Positions 38,323-48,804 of a stretch of DNA of 64,000 nucleotides are shown piece after piece. Every line of letters begins with the position of its first letter. The first letter of the stretch is position 1. The notes under the pieces are model-generated. The model did no database searches. It had not been told where the DNA came from and worked only from the letters and a program-made list of their open reading frames with translations. Source of the DNA: Alphaproteobacteria bacterium. Lineage in GTDB: Bacteria; Pseudomonadota; Alphaproteobacteria; MPNO01. The stretch spans positions 2,368,001-2,432,000 of the forward strand of contig CBDFLJ010000002.1 in assembly GCA_965248835.1 (NCBI GenBank), given 5' to 3'. The position numbers and the translations under genes were made by a program.

Positions 38323-39545
38323 AGATCCATGCACTCCCGCCACGCCTTCCAGAAGCCGCGCACCGCGGCCTCGGTCACCCGCGAGGCGCCGGCCGGGGCG
38401 ATCGCCCTTCCGCCCATGCGCATGAAGCTGCGCGCCTTGGGATCGGCCTTGGTGGCCGCGCGGATGAAGCCGCCGACGCAGCCGTCCTCCATCGACACGT
38501 AGCCCGCCGGCCCGACCAGGTTGTTGACCTTCATGCGCAGCGCCTGGAGTGCCGCATCGTCATCCTCGAAGCCGAGCACGGTCCACAGCAATTCGCATTC
38601 GTCGGGGCCGCGCGGGACGAGCTGGCGCAGCGCCAGCGCGTTCAGGATCTGCTGGACCACGAGCGTCGGGAAGATCGTCTGGATACCGTTGGTGATGCGG
38701 TCGCCGAGCTCCAGCCTGTGCTCCATCAGCGACGGGTCTTCCAGGCTGTATCGGTCCTTCAGCGAGCGCACCGCTTCGGCGCCGCCGGCCTCCGCGCCGT
38801 CGGCCGCGCGCTCGGTGAAGCTCAGATGGTGCCAACCGTTCTCGCTCAGCCTGATGCCGCCGCCCATGGTGAAGCGGACCACGCCGAAGGTGTTGTGGAA
38901 GACGTGCAGCAGGCTCGCGTGATAGGAGTCCTTGGTGTTCTCCATATAGAGCTTCCAGTTGTTCGGCAGACGCTGGCTGTGATAGCCCAGCACCTTCACG
39001 GGCTTGATCAGGACGCGGTCCATCGCCGCGATCATGGTCGGGCCGATATAGCTCTGGAAGTCCGGCGTCTGGTCGGAAAAGGTCCCGAAAACCAGCCCCT
39101 TGCGGAGCGCCACCCGGAGCCGTGCCAGCCCGTGCTCCGCAGCGGCAAAGCCGGGCTCCATCCCGCCCTCGCCGCCCACCCCGCTTTTGAAGGCGACCCC
39201 GGTCAACCCGCCGGCGAGATCGTAGGTCCAGTTGTGGTAGACGCAGGAGAATTCCTTGACGTTGCCGCGCGGCTTGTAGCAGAGCAGCGCCCCCTTGTGG
39301 GCGCAGCGGTTGACCAGGGCGTTGACCGCGCCCTCGGCGCTGCGCACCACGATGACCGGCGTGTCGCCGACATCGGTGGTCTTGTAGTCGCCGGGGTGCG
39401 GGATCTCGGCCTCCAGGCACAGGAAGTGCCAGGCGGGGCCGCGAAAGATCCGCTCCTGCTCGCGGACGTAGATCTCGGGATCGGAATAGACCCCAAACGG
39501 CACCCGCGAGACGTCGTCGTCGGGCCATTCGAGCGCTGTCGGCAT
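38319..39545 (-). CDS. Ring-hydroxylating oxygenase alpha subunit (salicylate 5-hydroxylase/anthranilate dioxygenase group)
   Basis: NRCAHKG...CVYHNW, NWKLYMENTKDSYHASLLH, GPAGYVSMED. Confidence 0.92.
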   Translation of the reverse strand: MPTALEWPDDDVSRVPFGVYSDPEIYVREQERIFRGPAWHFLCLEAEIPHPGDYKTTDVGDTPVIVVRSAEGAVNALVNRCAHKGALLCYKPRGNVKEFSCVYHNWTYDLAGGLTGVAFKSGVGGEGGMEPGFAAAEHGLARLRVALRKGLVFGTFSDQTPDFQSYIGPTMIAAMDRVLIKPVKVLGYHSQRLPNNWKLYMENTKDSYHASLLHVFHNTFGVVRFTMGGGIRLSENGWHHLSFTERAADGAEAGGAEAVRSLKDRYSLEDPSLMEHRLELGDRITNGIQTIFPTLVVQQILNALALRQLVPRGPDECELLWTVLGFEDDDAALQALRMKVNNLVGPAGYVSMEDGCVGGFIRAATKADPKARSFMRMGGRAIAPAGASRVTEAAVRGFWKAWRECMDL

Positions 39546-39701
39546 GGGCGTTCTCCTTGCCGCGAGGATAGGCGAATGCAACCGCCGATGACAGTGCGCG
39601 GCCGTTCCGGCCTGTCCCCACCCTGCACCCTACCCCGCACTAGGCTGCCGCCCGGCAAACCGCCATACTCGGTCCCAGCGTAGCCGGCGGGAGGACGCGG
39701 C

Positions 39702-40844
39702 ATGACGGCGGGCGGCGAGAAGCGCCGGATCACCTTGGGCGGACGAACGCTCGATGCACGGTTCAGCGTCCATCACAGCGGCAGCGGGCCGGGGCTGCTG
39801 GTGCTGGGCGACGGCGGCGGGCTCGATCAAGGGCTCGACGCGGTGGCGGCGCTGTTCGGCGAAGAAGGCTATGCCGCCTTGGCGTTCGATCCCCGCGATG
39901 TCGGGGACGTGGTCGAGGCGGCGGCGATGCTGCGCGCACTGCCCGAACGCCGCGGCGGGATCGGCGCGGTGGCCCACGGCAGCGGCGCCATCCTCGCCTG
40001 CCGGGCGGCAGCCGATGCCGGGTTCGCGGCGGTCGTCGCCTTCGATCCCGCCGACCCGACCGACCTGGCTGCGACGGTGGCCGGCATGCCCTGCCCGGTG
40101 GTCCTGCAATTCGGCACCGCCGGCTCCGGCGGTGCCGGCGCGAGCCTGCCGACGCTCGATCGCGGCGACGGCTCGAAGGTCTTCGAATACACCGACGCCG
40201 CGCCGGGCTTCGCCCTGCCGGGGCGGGCGGAATTCGACAGGCGGGTCGACGGGCTCGCCCATTCCCGCAGCCTGGAGGTGCTCCGCCGTGCGCTCGGGCC
40301 GCATTACGACCTGGTCGCGCTGTTCGCCGCCCATGTCCGCCATGAGTTCGAGACCCGCGACGTCGATGCGACCATGGCCACGATGATCGACGAGCCCTAT
40401 GTCAACCACGTCCCGACGCTCGCCGGCGGGGTCGGCCACGACATGCTCAAGCGGTTCTATGCCCATCATTTCGTCCATCAGAACTCGCGCGAGCGCGCCG
40501 GAACCCTGGTCTCGCAGACTCTCGGGCCCGACCGGATCGTGCTGGAGCAGGTCGTCCGCTTCCGCCACGACGCGGTGCTCGACCGCTACTTTCCGGGCAT
40601 CGCGCCGACCGGGCGGATGGTCGAGCTCGCGACGCTGCTGCTGGTCAAGTTCCGCGGCGACAAGGTGTGCCACGAACACATCTACTGGGACCAGGCCTCG
40701 GCACTGAAGCAGATCGGCGTGCTCGACGCGGACGGTCTGCCGATCGCCGGTGCCGAGGCGGCGGCCAAGGTGATCGACGAGACCCGGCCATCCAACATCT
40801 TCATGCAGGCGGCCTGGGCCGCCAGCGAAGGCAAACCCGTCTAA
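39702..40844 (+). CDS. Dienelactone-hydrolase-like + SnoaL-like fusion protein
   Basis: Degenerate DLH N-domain; HEFETRDVDATM, PYVNHVPT, HEHIYWDQAS. Confidence 0.85.
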   Translation: MTAGGEKRRITLGGRTLDARFSVHHSGSGPGLLVLGDGGGLDQGLDAVAALFGEEGYAALAFDPRDVGDVVEAAAMLRALPERRGGIGAVAHGSGAILACRAAADAGFAAVVAFDPADPTDLAATVAGMPCPVVLQFGTAGSGGAGASLPTLDRGDGSKVFEYTDAAPGFALPGRAEFDRRVDGLAHSRSLEVLRRALGPHYDLVALFAAHVRHEFETRDVDATMATMIDEPYVNHVPTLAGGVGHDMLKRFYAHHFVHQNSRERAGTLVSQTLGPDRIVLEQVVRFRHDAVLDRYFPGIAPTGRMVELATLLLVKFRGDKVCHEHIYWDQASALKQIGVLDADGLPIAGAEAAAKVIDETRPSNIFMQAAWAASEGKPV

Positions 40845-40942
40845 TTTCGCGCGCGGGGATCGCGAACTGTGCGCGCCGGAGGAACTTTGCTAGGCTTCGA
40901 CCTTGACCAACCGACGCCGGAAGGCGATGAGGAGATAATAGG

Positions 40943-41965
40943 ATGCGATTTCCCGGACTGAAGACGACTGCCGTCGGCCTCGTGGCCGGTGTGGCGCTGC
41001 TCGGCGCCGGCACCGCCGCGGAGGCAAAGATCAAGCGGATCACCATCGGCAGCAACCCGGCCGGCTCGGTCTACTTCCTGCTGGCCGGCGGCTTCGCCAA
41101 GCTGTTCCAGCAGAAGCTCGAGATCCGCTCGACCGCGCAGCCGCATGCCGGCTCGTCGGTCTACCTGCCGCTGATGAACAAGGGCGAGATCGTGCTCGGC
41201 CTCAATTCCAGCCTGGACTCGGGCATGGCGGTCAGCGGCCAGCCGCCGTTCCAGAGCAAGATCGCGAACGTGCGGATGATCGCGCGGATCTGGATCCTTC
41301 CCTACGCGTACATGGTCAAGGAGAACTCGGGCATCAAGACGATTGCCGACCTGCGCGGCAAGCGGGTCCTGGTCAACGTGAAGACCAACGTGTCCCTGGC
41401 CCAGGCCAACCGCACGCTGCTGTCGACCGCGGGGCTGACCGAGGCCGACGTAACCGCGATCGATTCCGGCGGCGTGGTCGCGGGCATCAACAGCGTCGTG
41501 GAGGGGCGTGCGCACGCCACCTCGATCGCCCTGACCATGCCGGCGATGCGCAAGGCCCATGCCACCGTGCCCGGCGGGCTCAGGGTCCTGGGTCTGGGCT
41601 CGATGGCCACCGACGCGTTCATGGCCAAGGGCATGGCCGGCCTCTACACGATGCAGGTCAAGTCCAGCAAGCGCCTGCCCTTCGTCCGCGGCGATACCTT
41701 GATCGCCGCCTTCGACAGCTATCTCAACGCCGGACCGCAGGTCGATGAAGAGGACGCCTACCGGCTGGCCATGACGCTTCACGTCAACTGGAAGAAGCTG
41801 CAGAAGGACTACCCGCCGCTGCGCGGGACGCCGCAGGCGGCGCTGGCGCCGTCCGGGAACGCGATGCCCTACCATCCCGGCGCCATTAAGTACTGGAAGG
41901 AAGTCGGCATGTGGACCGACGCCAACGCCGCCAGCCAGGCCAAGGTGATGAGCATGGTCCGTTAG
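40943..41965 (+). CDS. TAXI-family TRAP solute receptor
   Basis: Signal peptide, ITIGSNPAGSVYF, SGIKTIADLRGKRV, PYHPGAIKYW. Confidence 0.92.
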   Translation: MRFPGLKTTAVGLVAGVALLGAGTAAEAKIKRITIGSNPAGSVYFLLAGGFAKLFQQKLEIRSTAQPHAGSSVYLPLMNKGEIVLGLNSSLDSGMAVSGQPPFQSKIANVRMIARIWILPYAYMVKENSGIKTIADLRGKRVLVNVKTNVSLAQANRTLLSTAGLTEADVTAIDSGGVVAGINSVVEGRAHATSIALTMPAMRKAHATVPGGLRVLGLGSMATDAFMAKGMAGLYTMQVKSSKRLPFVRGDTLIAAFDSYLNAGPQVDEEDAYRLAMTLHVNWKKLQKDYPPLRGTPQAALAPSGNAMPYHPGAIKYWKEVGMWTDANAASQAKVMSMVR

Positions 41966-42008
41966 GACCGCCGCAACGGCGCAGACCACACCACGCGGCG
42001 ACGCGACG

Positions 42009-43904
42009 ATGGATCGCTTCACCGGAGCGTTGCTGCGTGTCTGCCTGGCGCTGATCCCGATCATCGGGGTGCTGTGGATCTTCTCGGTCAGCGATCGGCT
42101 GGGCGTCACGCTGACCTTCCAGCAGACCGTCGGCACCGTCCTGGGCATCTCGGTGGCGGCGGCGTTTCTCAAATACCCCTATGCCAGCCGCACCGGATGG
42201 GGCGAGATCGTGCTGGCGGCGGTCGCGTTCGCGGCCTGGTTCTGGATGGCGATCCATTTCGAGCCGTGGATCGTCGGCATGGCCGACCGCACGCCCGAGA
42301 AGTGGGTGCCGGGCGTGATCGCGATCCTGACGATGATGGAGGCGCTGCGCAAAGCCTGCGGCACCGTCATCACGGCCCTGGTCTGGATCATGATCGCCTA
42401 TGCCTATTTCGGCGGACACCTGCCGGGCGTGCTGGAGGCCGAGGTGTTCCCGCCGACCAAGGTCATCCTCTACCTCTACGCCGACAACAACGGCATCCCG
42501 GGGCTGGTGCTGCGCGTGGTGACCGAGCTGGTGCTTGCCTTCATCATCTTCGGCAAGCTGCTGGAGGTCTCGGGCGCCACCCGGTTCTTCACCGATCTGG
42601 CGATGGCGCTGATGGGCCACCGCCGCGGCGGGCCGGCCAAGGTCGCCGTCGTCGCCTCCAGCGCATTCGGCACCATCTCCGGCTCGGCGGTCGGCAACAT
42701 CATGTCGACCGGCATCGTCACCATCCCGATGATGAAGCGCACCGGGTTCGAGCCGCGCTATGCGGCAGGGATCGAAGCGGTTGCTTCCAACGGCGGGCAG
42801 ATCGCGCCGCCGGTCATGGGGGCGACGGCCTTCATCATCGCGGAGTTTCTGGAGGTCCCGTATATCGACGTGGTGATCGCCGCGGCGATCCCGGCGGTGC
42901 TCTACTATCTGGTCCTGTTCCTCCAGGTCGATGCGATCGCCGTCCGGTTCGGGCTGCGCGGCTTGCCAAGGGCGGAGCTGCCGCGTGCGCTGCCGGTGCT
43001 GCTGGGGGGCTGGGTGTTCGTCCTGCCGCTCGGCGTGCTGATCTATTTCCTGTTCGGGCTCGGCTACAATCCCGGTCTGTCGGCGATGTATGCGGTGCTC
43101 GCGCTGCTCGCCTTGACGGTCGTCCGCAACCGGCGCCTGCCCAGCCGGGCGGAGTGGGCGGACTACACCTTCGGCTCGGGCGAGAACCTGCTGCCGCTGA
43201 TCCTGATCGCCGGCGGCGCTGGCGTGGTGATGGGGGTGCTGAATTCGACCGGGCTCGCCTTCCAGCTTTCGATCATCCTGGCCGAGCTCGGCGAGAGCGC
43301 CGGCATCCTCGCGATGCTGCTGGTGACCGCGCTGGTCTCGATCATCCTCGGCATGGGCATGCCGACGGCGGCGGTCTACATCATCCTGGCGACCGTGATC
43401 GCGCCGGCCCTGATCGAGATGGGGCTGCAACCGATGGCGGCCCACCTGTTCCTGTTCTATTTCGGCCTCTTGAGCATGCTCACCCCGCCGGTCGCAGTCG
43501 CCAGCATGGTTGCCGCAGGAATCGCGGGCTCGGACATGTGGCGCACCGGCGTCGTCGGGGTCCAGCTTGCCGCGGCCGCCTACCTGCTGCCCTTCCTGTG
43601 GGCGTTCAACCCCGCGCTGGTGATGGAAGGCTCCTGGCAAGCGGTCCTCTACGTCACCGCGACCGCGGCGGTCGCCGGGTTCCTGGTCGCCGAGGCGGTG
43701 GTCAAGCTGAGCGATCCCGGGCTGGTGAACAAGGGCCTGGCGCTCGCCTACTTTGCGGCGACGATTGCCGTCGGCGGCGCGACGATTTGGATCGGCCACG
43801 ATTCCCCCCTGACGCTTCTGGCCGCCGCCGCCGGTGCCGGGCTCATCGTCCTGGTCCGCCGCTGGGCGCCCGCCCGACAGCCGCGGACCGAGCCGTCGAC
43901 ATAG
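42009..43904 (+). CDS. TRAP 4TM/12TM fused permease
   Basis: GGPAKVAVVASS, GGQIAPPVMG, GMGMPT, TPPVA. Confidence 0.93.
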   Translation: MDRFTGALLRVCLALIPIIGVLWIFSVSDRLGVTLTFQQTVGTVLGISVAAAFLKYPYASRTGWGEIVLAAVAFAAWFWMAIHFEPWIVGMADRTPEKWVPGVIAILTMMEALRKACGTVITALVWIMIAYAYFGGHLPGVLEAEVFPPTKVILYLYADNNGIPGLVLRVVTELVLAFIIFGKLLEVSGATRFFTDLAMALMGHRRGGPAKVAVVASSAFGTISGSAVGNIMSTGIVTIPMMKRTGFEPRYAAGIEAVASNGGQIAPPVMGATAFIIAEFLEVPYIDVVIAAAIPAVLYYLVLFLQVDAIAVRFGLRGLPRAELPRALPVLLGGWVFVLPLGVLIYFLFGLGYNPGLSAMYAVLALLALTVVRNRRLPSRAEWADYTFGSGENLLPLILIAGGAGVVMGVLNSTGLAFQLSIILAELGESAGILAMLLVTALVSIILGMGMPTAAVYIILATVIAPALIEMGLQPMAAHLFLFYFGLLSMLTPPVAVASMVAAGIAGSDMWRTGVVGVQLAAAAYLLPFLWAFNPALVMEGSWQAVLYVTATAAVAGFLVAEAVVKLSDPGLVNKGLALAYFAATIAVGGATIWIGHDSPLTLLAAAAGAGLIVLVRRWAPARQPRTEPST

Positions 43905-44027
43905 GGCTTGTCCGGAACATGGTCCGGCGGCGGCGGCAGAGTCGGTTTGATGCCGATCAAAGTCGGAATCGCGCCGCGCGGGCTTTGAGATTAATCTGGG
44001 GCGTCGGGGAACGAGGATGCGGAGACG

Positions 44028-44303
44028 GTGATGACGGATTACTGGCTGAACAAGCTGATGTTCGACCTCCAGGGGCCGGGCGGCAAGGACCGCTGGCAGG
44101 CGGACCGAACCGCCGTGCTCGATCAGTATCCGCTGGCGCCGGAGGTCCGCCAAGCGCTGCTCGACGACGACATGAAGGTCATTCAGCCGCTGGCCAACCC
44201 CTATCTGCTGCGCTTCCACCTGCTGATCAGCGGCTACGGCGATGCCGAATCGATCGCGCTGCTGAGCGCGCTCGCCAAGACCGAGGAGAGAGTCGATGGC
44301 TAG
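44028..44303 (+). CDS. LigA/CarBa-like small subunit of extradiol dioxygenase
   Basis: YWLNKLMFDL...YPLAPE...ANPYLL; overlaps LigB-like gene. Confidence 0.75.
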   Translation: MMTDYWLNKLMFDLQGPGGKDRWQADRTAVLDQYPLAPEVRQALLDDDMKVIQPLANPYLLRFHLLISGYGDAESIALLSALAKTEERVDG

Positions 44304-45129
44304 GATCGTAGGCTCGTTTGCCGCCTCGCACGGCCCCAACATCGCGCGCGAATGGGAGACCTTGAAGCCCCAGACGCGCGAATGGGTCCAGACCCGGTTC
44401 GACGACATGGGTGCGCGCATCAAAGCATTGGCACCCGATGTTCTGGTCATCCATTGCACCGACCATTGGGTCAATTTCTTCCTCGACAACATGCCAGCCT
44501 TCTGTATCGGCATCGGCGAGCAGCATGACGGCCCGCCCGAGCCGTTCATGAAGCCGGTCTTCCCCTACGAGACGCTGCCGGGCCACGCCGGGCTCGGCCG
44601 GCATCTCCTGAAGGCGGCCTTCGCCGCGGATTTCGACCCTGCCTATTCCATGCGCCTCAAGCTCGACCACGGCATGTGCGTGCCGATCTGGAAGCTCGAC
44701 TTCGACCCGATCCCGCCGATCGTGCCGGTGCTGATCAACCTGGTGGAAGAGCCCTTCCCGAGCCCGGCACGCTGCATCGCCTGGGGGCACATGATCCGCG
44801 ATGCGATCGAAAGCTATCCCGAGGACCTGCGGGTCGCGGTGCTGGGCACCGGCGGGCTCAGCCATTCGATCGGCGAGATCACCATGGGCTGGATCGACGA
44901 GCCGTTCGATCACGCCTGCATCGATCTGTTCAGGAACGCCTCGGACGGCGAGATCGCGGCGCGGCTGGACGAGATGCTGGAGCACACCGGCAACGGCGGC
45001 GCGGAGGTCCGCGCCTGGGCGGTCGCCCACGCCGCGGCCGGCAGCCAGGGCTTCGACCTGATCGACTACATCCCGATGCCCGAGGCGCTGATCGGCTGCG
45101 GCCTGGCCGAATGGCGTATCCCGGCCTGA
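44296..45129 (+). CDS. LigB-family (class III) extradiol dioxygenase
   Basis: ASHGP, DHWVNFFLDNMPAFCIG, LDHG, GGLSH, GNGGAEVRAW. Confidence 0.92.
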   Translation: MARIVGSFAASHGPNIAREWETLKPQTREWVQTRFDDMGARIKALAPDVLVIHCTDHWVNFFLDNMPAFCIGIGEQHDGPPEPFMKPVFPYETLPGHAGLGRHLLKAAFAADFDPAYSMRLKLDHGMCVPIWKLDFDPIPPIVPVLINLVEEPFPSPARCIAWGHMIRDAIESYPEDLRVAVLGTGGLSHSIGEITMGWIDEPFDHACIDLFRNASDGEIAARLDEMLEHTGNGGAEVRAWAVAHAAAGSQGFDLIDYIPMPEALIGCGLAEWRIPA

Positions 45130-45162
45130 GCCCTACCCCGATGAGGTGATCGGAGCCGGCCC

Positions 45163-46365
45163 ATGAACGCCGTCCACAGGTCCACCGCGATCAAGGACCG
45201 GATCCCCGTGCTGGGGCTCAAGGAGTACTGGCACCCCGGCGTGCTGGCCCGCAAGGTGGGCAAACGTCCGGTCGGCATGAAGATGCTCGGTGAGGATGTC
45301 GTCTTCTTCCGCGGCAAGGACGGCAGGGTGGTCGCCGCAACCAATACCTGTCCACACCGCGGCGGATCGCTGATGCACGGCGATTGCCACTACCGAGGCA
45401 CCATCGCCTGCCCTTACCACGGCTGGGTGTTCGACGAGCACGGTGCGTGTCTGGCCGTGCTGTCGGAAGGGCCGAACAGCGCGATGCCGGGCAAGGTCAG
45501 GCTCCGGATCTACCCGACGCGGACGCTCAAGGGCCTGGTATTTGTCTGGATGGGTGAAGGCGTACCCGCCGCGATCGAAGAAGACGTCCCGCCCGAGTTC
45601 TTCGAGGACGACGGCACGATGCTGTTCATCTCCGTCCGCGACTGGGCGGTCAACTGGCGCGGCGCGCTGGAGAACGGCATGGACTCGCACGTCATGTACG
45701 TCCACCGCAACGCCCTGTTGTCGCTGATGGAGCCGATCCAGCATTTCGGCCCCGTCGGCTACTACCCCAAGGTGGTCAACGACAGGGCGGTCATCGGGTT
45801 TCTGAAGGACCCGCCCAGCAGCCGGAAACAGCATTTTGCGGCGCTGGGCGATAGCTGGCCCCGAACCGAGTGGCGCCGGCTGTGGCTGTGGGCCTTCGCC
45901 TGGCGCGCGAACCGGATCAAGAACAGCCCGCCCTTCCACGAGGACAGACAGGAATGGGGCATGCACGCCAAGGTCGACGGCAGATACGTCCGCGCGGCCG
46001 GCCACCACCTGCCCGCGATGTTCCGTTTCGATTTCGGCGGCCAGATGTATACGCGCTTCTGCGTCGCGACCACGCCCGATGAGACCAGGATCTTCTACGT
46101 CCACGCCTCGCGCCGTAAGGGCTGGCTCAACAGGAAGCTGCGAGCCGTCTACTACCACTGCTTCCGCAACTGGGCGCTGAACATCAACTTCTCCAGCCAG
46201 GACTACCGGGTGATGGCGACCCAGGACTATGCGGCGCCCGAGATGCTGTCCACCAGCGACGCGGAGATCGTCCAGTGGCGGCGCCTACTGCTGCGCGCCC
46301 GCGGAATGCCTCAGGCGCCGCATGCGGCTGAGACCGGGACGGCGGAGCGGACCGCGGCCGAGTAA
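45163..46365 (+). CDS. Rieske oxygenase, alpha-only (CarAa/OxoO-like)
   Basis: LGLKEYWHP, CPHRG...CPYHGW, VNWRGALENGMDSHVMYVH, NFSSQD. Confidence 0.85.
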   Translation: MNAVHRSTAIKDRIPVLGLKEYWHPGVLARKVGKRPVGMKMLGEDVVFFRGKDGRVVAATNTCPHRGGSLMHGDCHYRGTIACPYHGWVFDEHGACLAVLSEGPNSAMPGKVRLRIYPTRTLKGLVFVWMGEGVPAAIEEDVPPEFFEDDGTMLFISVRDWAVNWRGALENGMDSHVMYVHRNALLSLMEPIQHFGPVGYYPKVVNDRAVIGFLKDPPSSRKQHFAALGDSWPRTEWRRLWLWAFAWRANRIKNSPPFHEDRQEWGMHAKVDGRYVRAAGHHLPAMFRFDFGGQMYTRFCVATTPDETRIFYVHASRRKGWLNRKLRAVYYHCFRNWALNINFSSQDYRVMATQDYAAPEMLSTSDAEIVQWRRLLLRARGMPQAPHAAETGTAERTAAE

Positions 46366-46384
46366 CCCGACAAAAGGACGTTCA

Positions 46385-47443
46385 ATGGCGGAGATCCTCG
46401 GTCTCGGTCTGACCCACTATTCAGGCCTGCGGTTCACCGATGCCGACATGAGCATCTTTCTCAGAAGGACGCTCGAGGGCAGCCGGGTGCCAGCGGCGAT
46501 GAAGGACCCGGCCAATTGGCCGGCGCCGATGCGCGCCGAATGGGCGGACGACCGCGGTCTCGCCGCCGCGACCGCGCACCGCGCCCGGCACTGGGCGGCG
46601 TTCTCCGCAATCCGCGAGGAGTTGGCCCGGTTCGCGCCGGATTTCATCGTGATGTGGGGCGACGATCAGTACGAGAACTTCGTCGAGGACATGGTGCCGC
46701 CATTCTGCATCTACATCCTGGACCGTATCGAGTCCAAGCCGTTCCTGGCGGATCCCCGCCAGCCCGACGCCGCCAACCCGTGGGGCGAGGGCGCGGAGAC
46801 CGCCTTCGTCCATCGCGGCCACCCTGCAGGCGCGGCCTATCTCGCAGCGGGTCTGGGCGAGCGCGGGCTCGACGTTCCCTATGCCTACCGGCTGCGCTAT
46901 CACCGCGGGCTCGCGCATGCCTTCATCAACACACTGATGTTCCTCGACCACGACCGGACGGGGTTCGACCACCCGCTGGTGCCGTTTCACGTGAACTGCT
47001 ACGGCGGGGACCTGATCCGGACTCAGGGCGGCCACCTCGCGCCCGGCCAGGGGGGCGATGTGCCCGACCCGCCGGCACCCTCGGCGCCGGCGTGCTTCGA
47101 CCTCGGCCGTGCGGTCGCCTCGGTGCTGGCGGCATCGCCCTGGCGGGTGGCGTTGATGGCGTCTTCGAGCTGGTCGCACGCCTTCCTGACGGCCAAGAAC
47201 GCCTGGATCTACCCCGATCACGAGTCCGACCGCCGGCGCCTGGCGGATTTGCGCGCGGGCGACTACGCGCGCTGGCGCAGCTTGACCGGCGAAGAGATCG
47301 AGACCGCCGGCCAGCACGAGTTCCGCAACTGGATCTGCCTCGCCGGCGCGATGAGCGAGATCGGCTCGCAGGCGGAGATCATCGACTATATGGAGAGCTA
47401 TGTGATGAACTCCAACAAGTGCTTCGCCGTGTTCAGGCCATGA
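46385..47443 (+). CDS. Second LigB-superfamily ring-cleavage dioxygenase
   Basis: LGLTHY, WGDDQYENF, LAHAF, ASSSWSH, GQHEFRNW. Confidence 0.88.
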   Translation: MAEILGLGLTHYSGLRFTDADMSIFLRRTLEGSRVPAAMKDPANWPAPMRAEWADDRGLAAATAHRARHWAAFSAIREELARFAPDFIVMWGDDQYENFVEDMVPPFCIYILDRIESKPFLADPRQPDAANPWGEGAETAFVHRGHPAGAAYLAAGLGERGLDVPYAYRLRYHRGLAHAFINTLMFLDHDRTGFDHPLVPFHVNCYGGDLIRTQGGHLAPGQGGDVPDPPAPSAPACFDLGRAVASVLAASPWRVALMASSSWSHAFLTAKNAWIYPDHESDRRRLADLRAGDYARWRSLTGEEIETAGQHEFRNWICLAGAMSEIGSQAEIIDYMESYVMNSNKCFAVFRP

Positions 47444-48804
47444 ACGAGGCGCGCCAGGCCGACCGGCCCGGCCCGGCGGCGCCGCTCAGCGCGCAGCAGC
47501 GCGAATGGATCGCCGAGGCGAGCGCTGCGATCGACATGGATTTTCTTCTGGCAACGCTGGAGCGCGCGGTCGAGATTCCGAGCCCGACCGGGGCGGAGCG
47601 CGCCGTGGGCGCATTTTTTACCGAGACGATGAACCGGCGCGGGATCACCGCCCGGGACCAGCCGATCGACGAGCACCGCGCCAACAGCATCGGCCGCGTC
47701 GAGGGGACCGGCGAGGGACCGGACCTTTTGTTCTACGGCCATCTCGACACCACGTTCACCGCCGACCTCGATGAGGATCGTCCGGTCCTGGGCCACGCCC
47801 CGCGGCCGGACCTGCAGCCCAGGTTCCAGCGCCGCGACGACCTGCTTTACGGCCTCGGCCTGCAGAACCCCAAGGGCAGCGTGTGCTGCGCGATCGCGGC
47901 GGTCGATGCGGTCCTGCGCAGCCGCGTCGCGCTCAAGGGCAGCGTCACCGTCGGGTTGGCCGCCGGCGGCATCCACAAGGGCCCGGTCGAGGGGTTGATG
48001 CGGCCCTATCGCGGCGGCCGCTACCAGGGTTTCGGGGTGGGCTGCGAATACATGCTCAAGCACGGCCTGACCGCGGACTACTGCATCAGCACCAAACCCG
48101 GCTACGGCATCGTCTGGGAAGAGCCCGGCGAGTGCTGGTTCCGGGTCGAGATCACCGGCAGGCTGTGCTATTCGGGCCTGCGCCATATCCAGCCCAACCG
48201 CAACCCGATCGTCGACGCGGCCGCGATCATTCCGATGATCGAGGACTGGATCGCCGACCACACCAGGCGCCAAACGCTCGGCCAGATCGCGCCCCAGGGC
48301 ACGGTCGGGGCGATTGAAGCGGGCTGGCCGTTCAAGCCCGAGTTCATCCCCGGCATCTGCGTGCTCTACATCAACGTCCACACCAACGCGGTGCAGACCC
48401 CGCACGAGCTGCGCCGGAGCTTCGCCGCCCTGATCGAGGAGATACGGGCCGCGCGGGAGGGCATCGAAATCACCTGCGACATGCTGCTGTCATGGCCGGG
48501 CTCGCGGACGCCGCCGGAGGACTGGATCGTCCGCTCGGTCTCCGGCGCGCTGGAGGCGGTCGAGGGGCGGCCGGTTATCGTCAGCGGTCTCAGCGGGACG
48601 ACCGACGGGCCGATCCTGCGCCGTGCCGGGATCGCCACCGCACGGGTCGGGCTGCCCGGCATGGCCGAGCCGGAGCCCGACTGGCCGCCGATGTTCGATG
48701 CCTGCCGCATCGCCGACCTTGAGCGGCTGAGCAGGGTCTATGTCCATGCGCTGATCGATACCTGCACGCGGCCCCGCGAGGAGACCGCCGCACCAGGCCC
48801 TTGA
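47440..48804 (+). CDS. M20/ArgE-DapE fold protein with altered metal ligands
   Basis: EIPSPTGAE, FYGHLDT, YGLGLQNPKG, GTTDG. Confidence 0.82.
   Translation: MNEARQADRPGPAAPLSAQQREWIAEASAAIDMDFLLATLERAVEIPSPTGAERAVGAFFTETMNRRGITARDQPIDEHRANSIGRVEGTGEGPDLLFYGHLDTTFTADLDEDRPVLGHAPRPDLQPRFQRRDDLLYGLGLQNPKGSVCCAIAAVDAVLRSRVALKGSVTVGLAAGGIHKGPVEGLMRPYRGGRYQGFGVGCEYMLKHGLTADYCISTKPGYGIVWEEPGECWFRVEITGRLCYSGLRHIQPNRNPIVDAAAIIPMIEDWIADHTRRQTLGQIAPQGTVGAIEAGWPFKPEFIPGICVLYINVHTNAVQTPHELRRSFAALIEEIRAAREGIEITCDMLLSWPGSRTPPEDWIVRSVSGALEAVEGRPVIVSGLSGTTDGPILRRAGIATARVGLPGMAEPEPDWPPMFDACRIADLERLSRVYVHALIDTCTRPREETAAPGP

Noticed and set aside
43471-43482. TGAGCATGCTCA palindrome in the TRAP permease
   Set aside because: It encodes the normal LSMLTPP motif and has no TCAAG end.
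41886-44549. 887-aa minus-strand ORF and other long overlapping ORFs
   Set aside because: Antisense shadows of real genes in high-GC DNA with no recognisable motifs.
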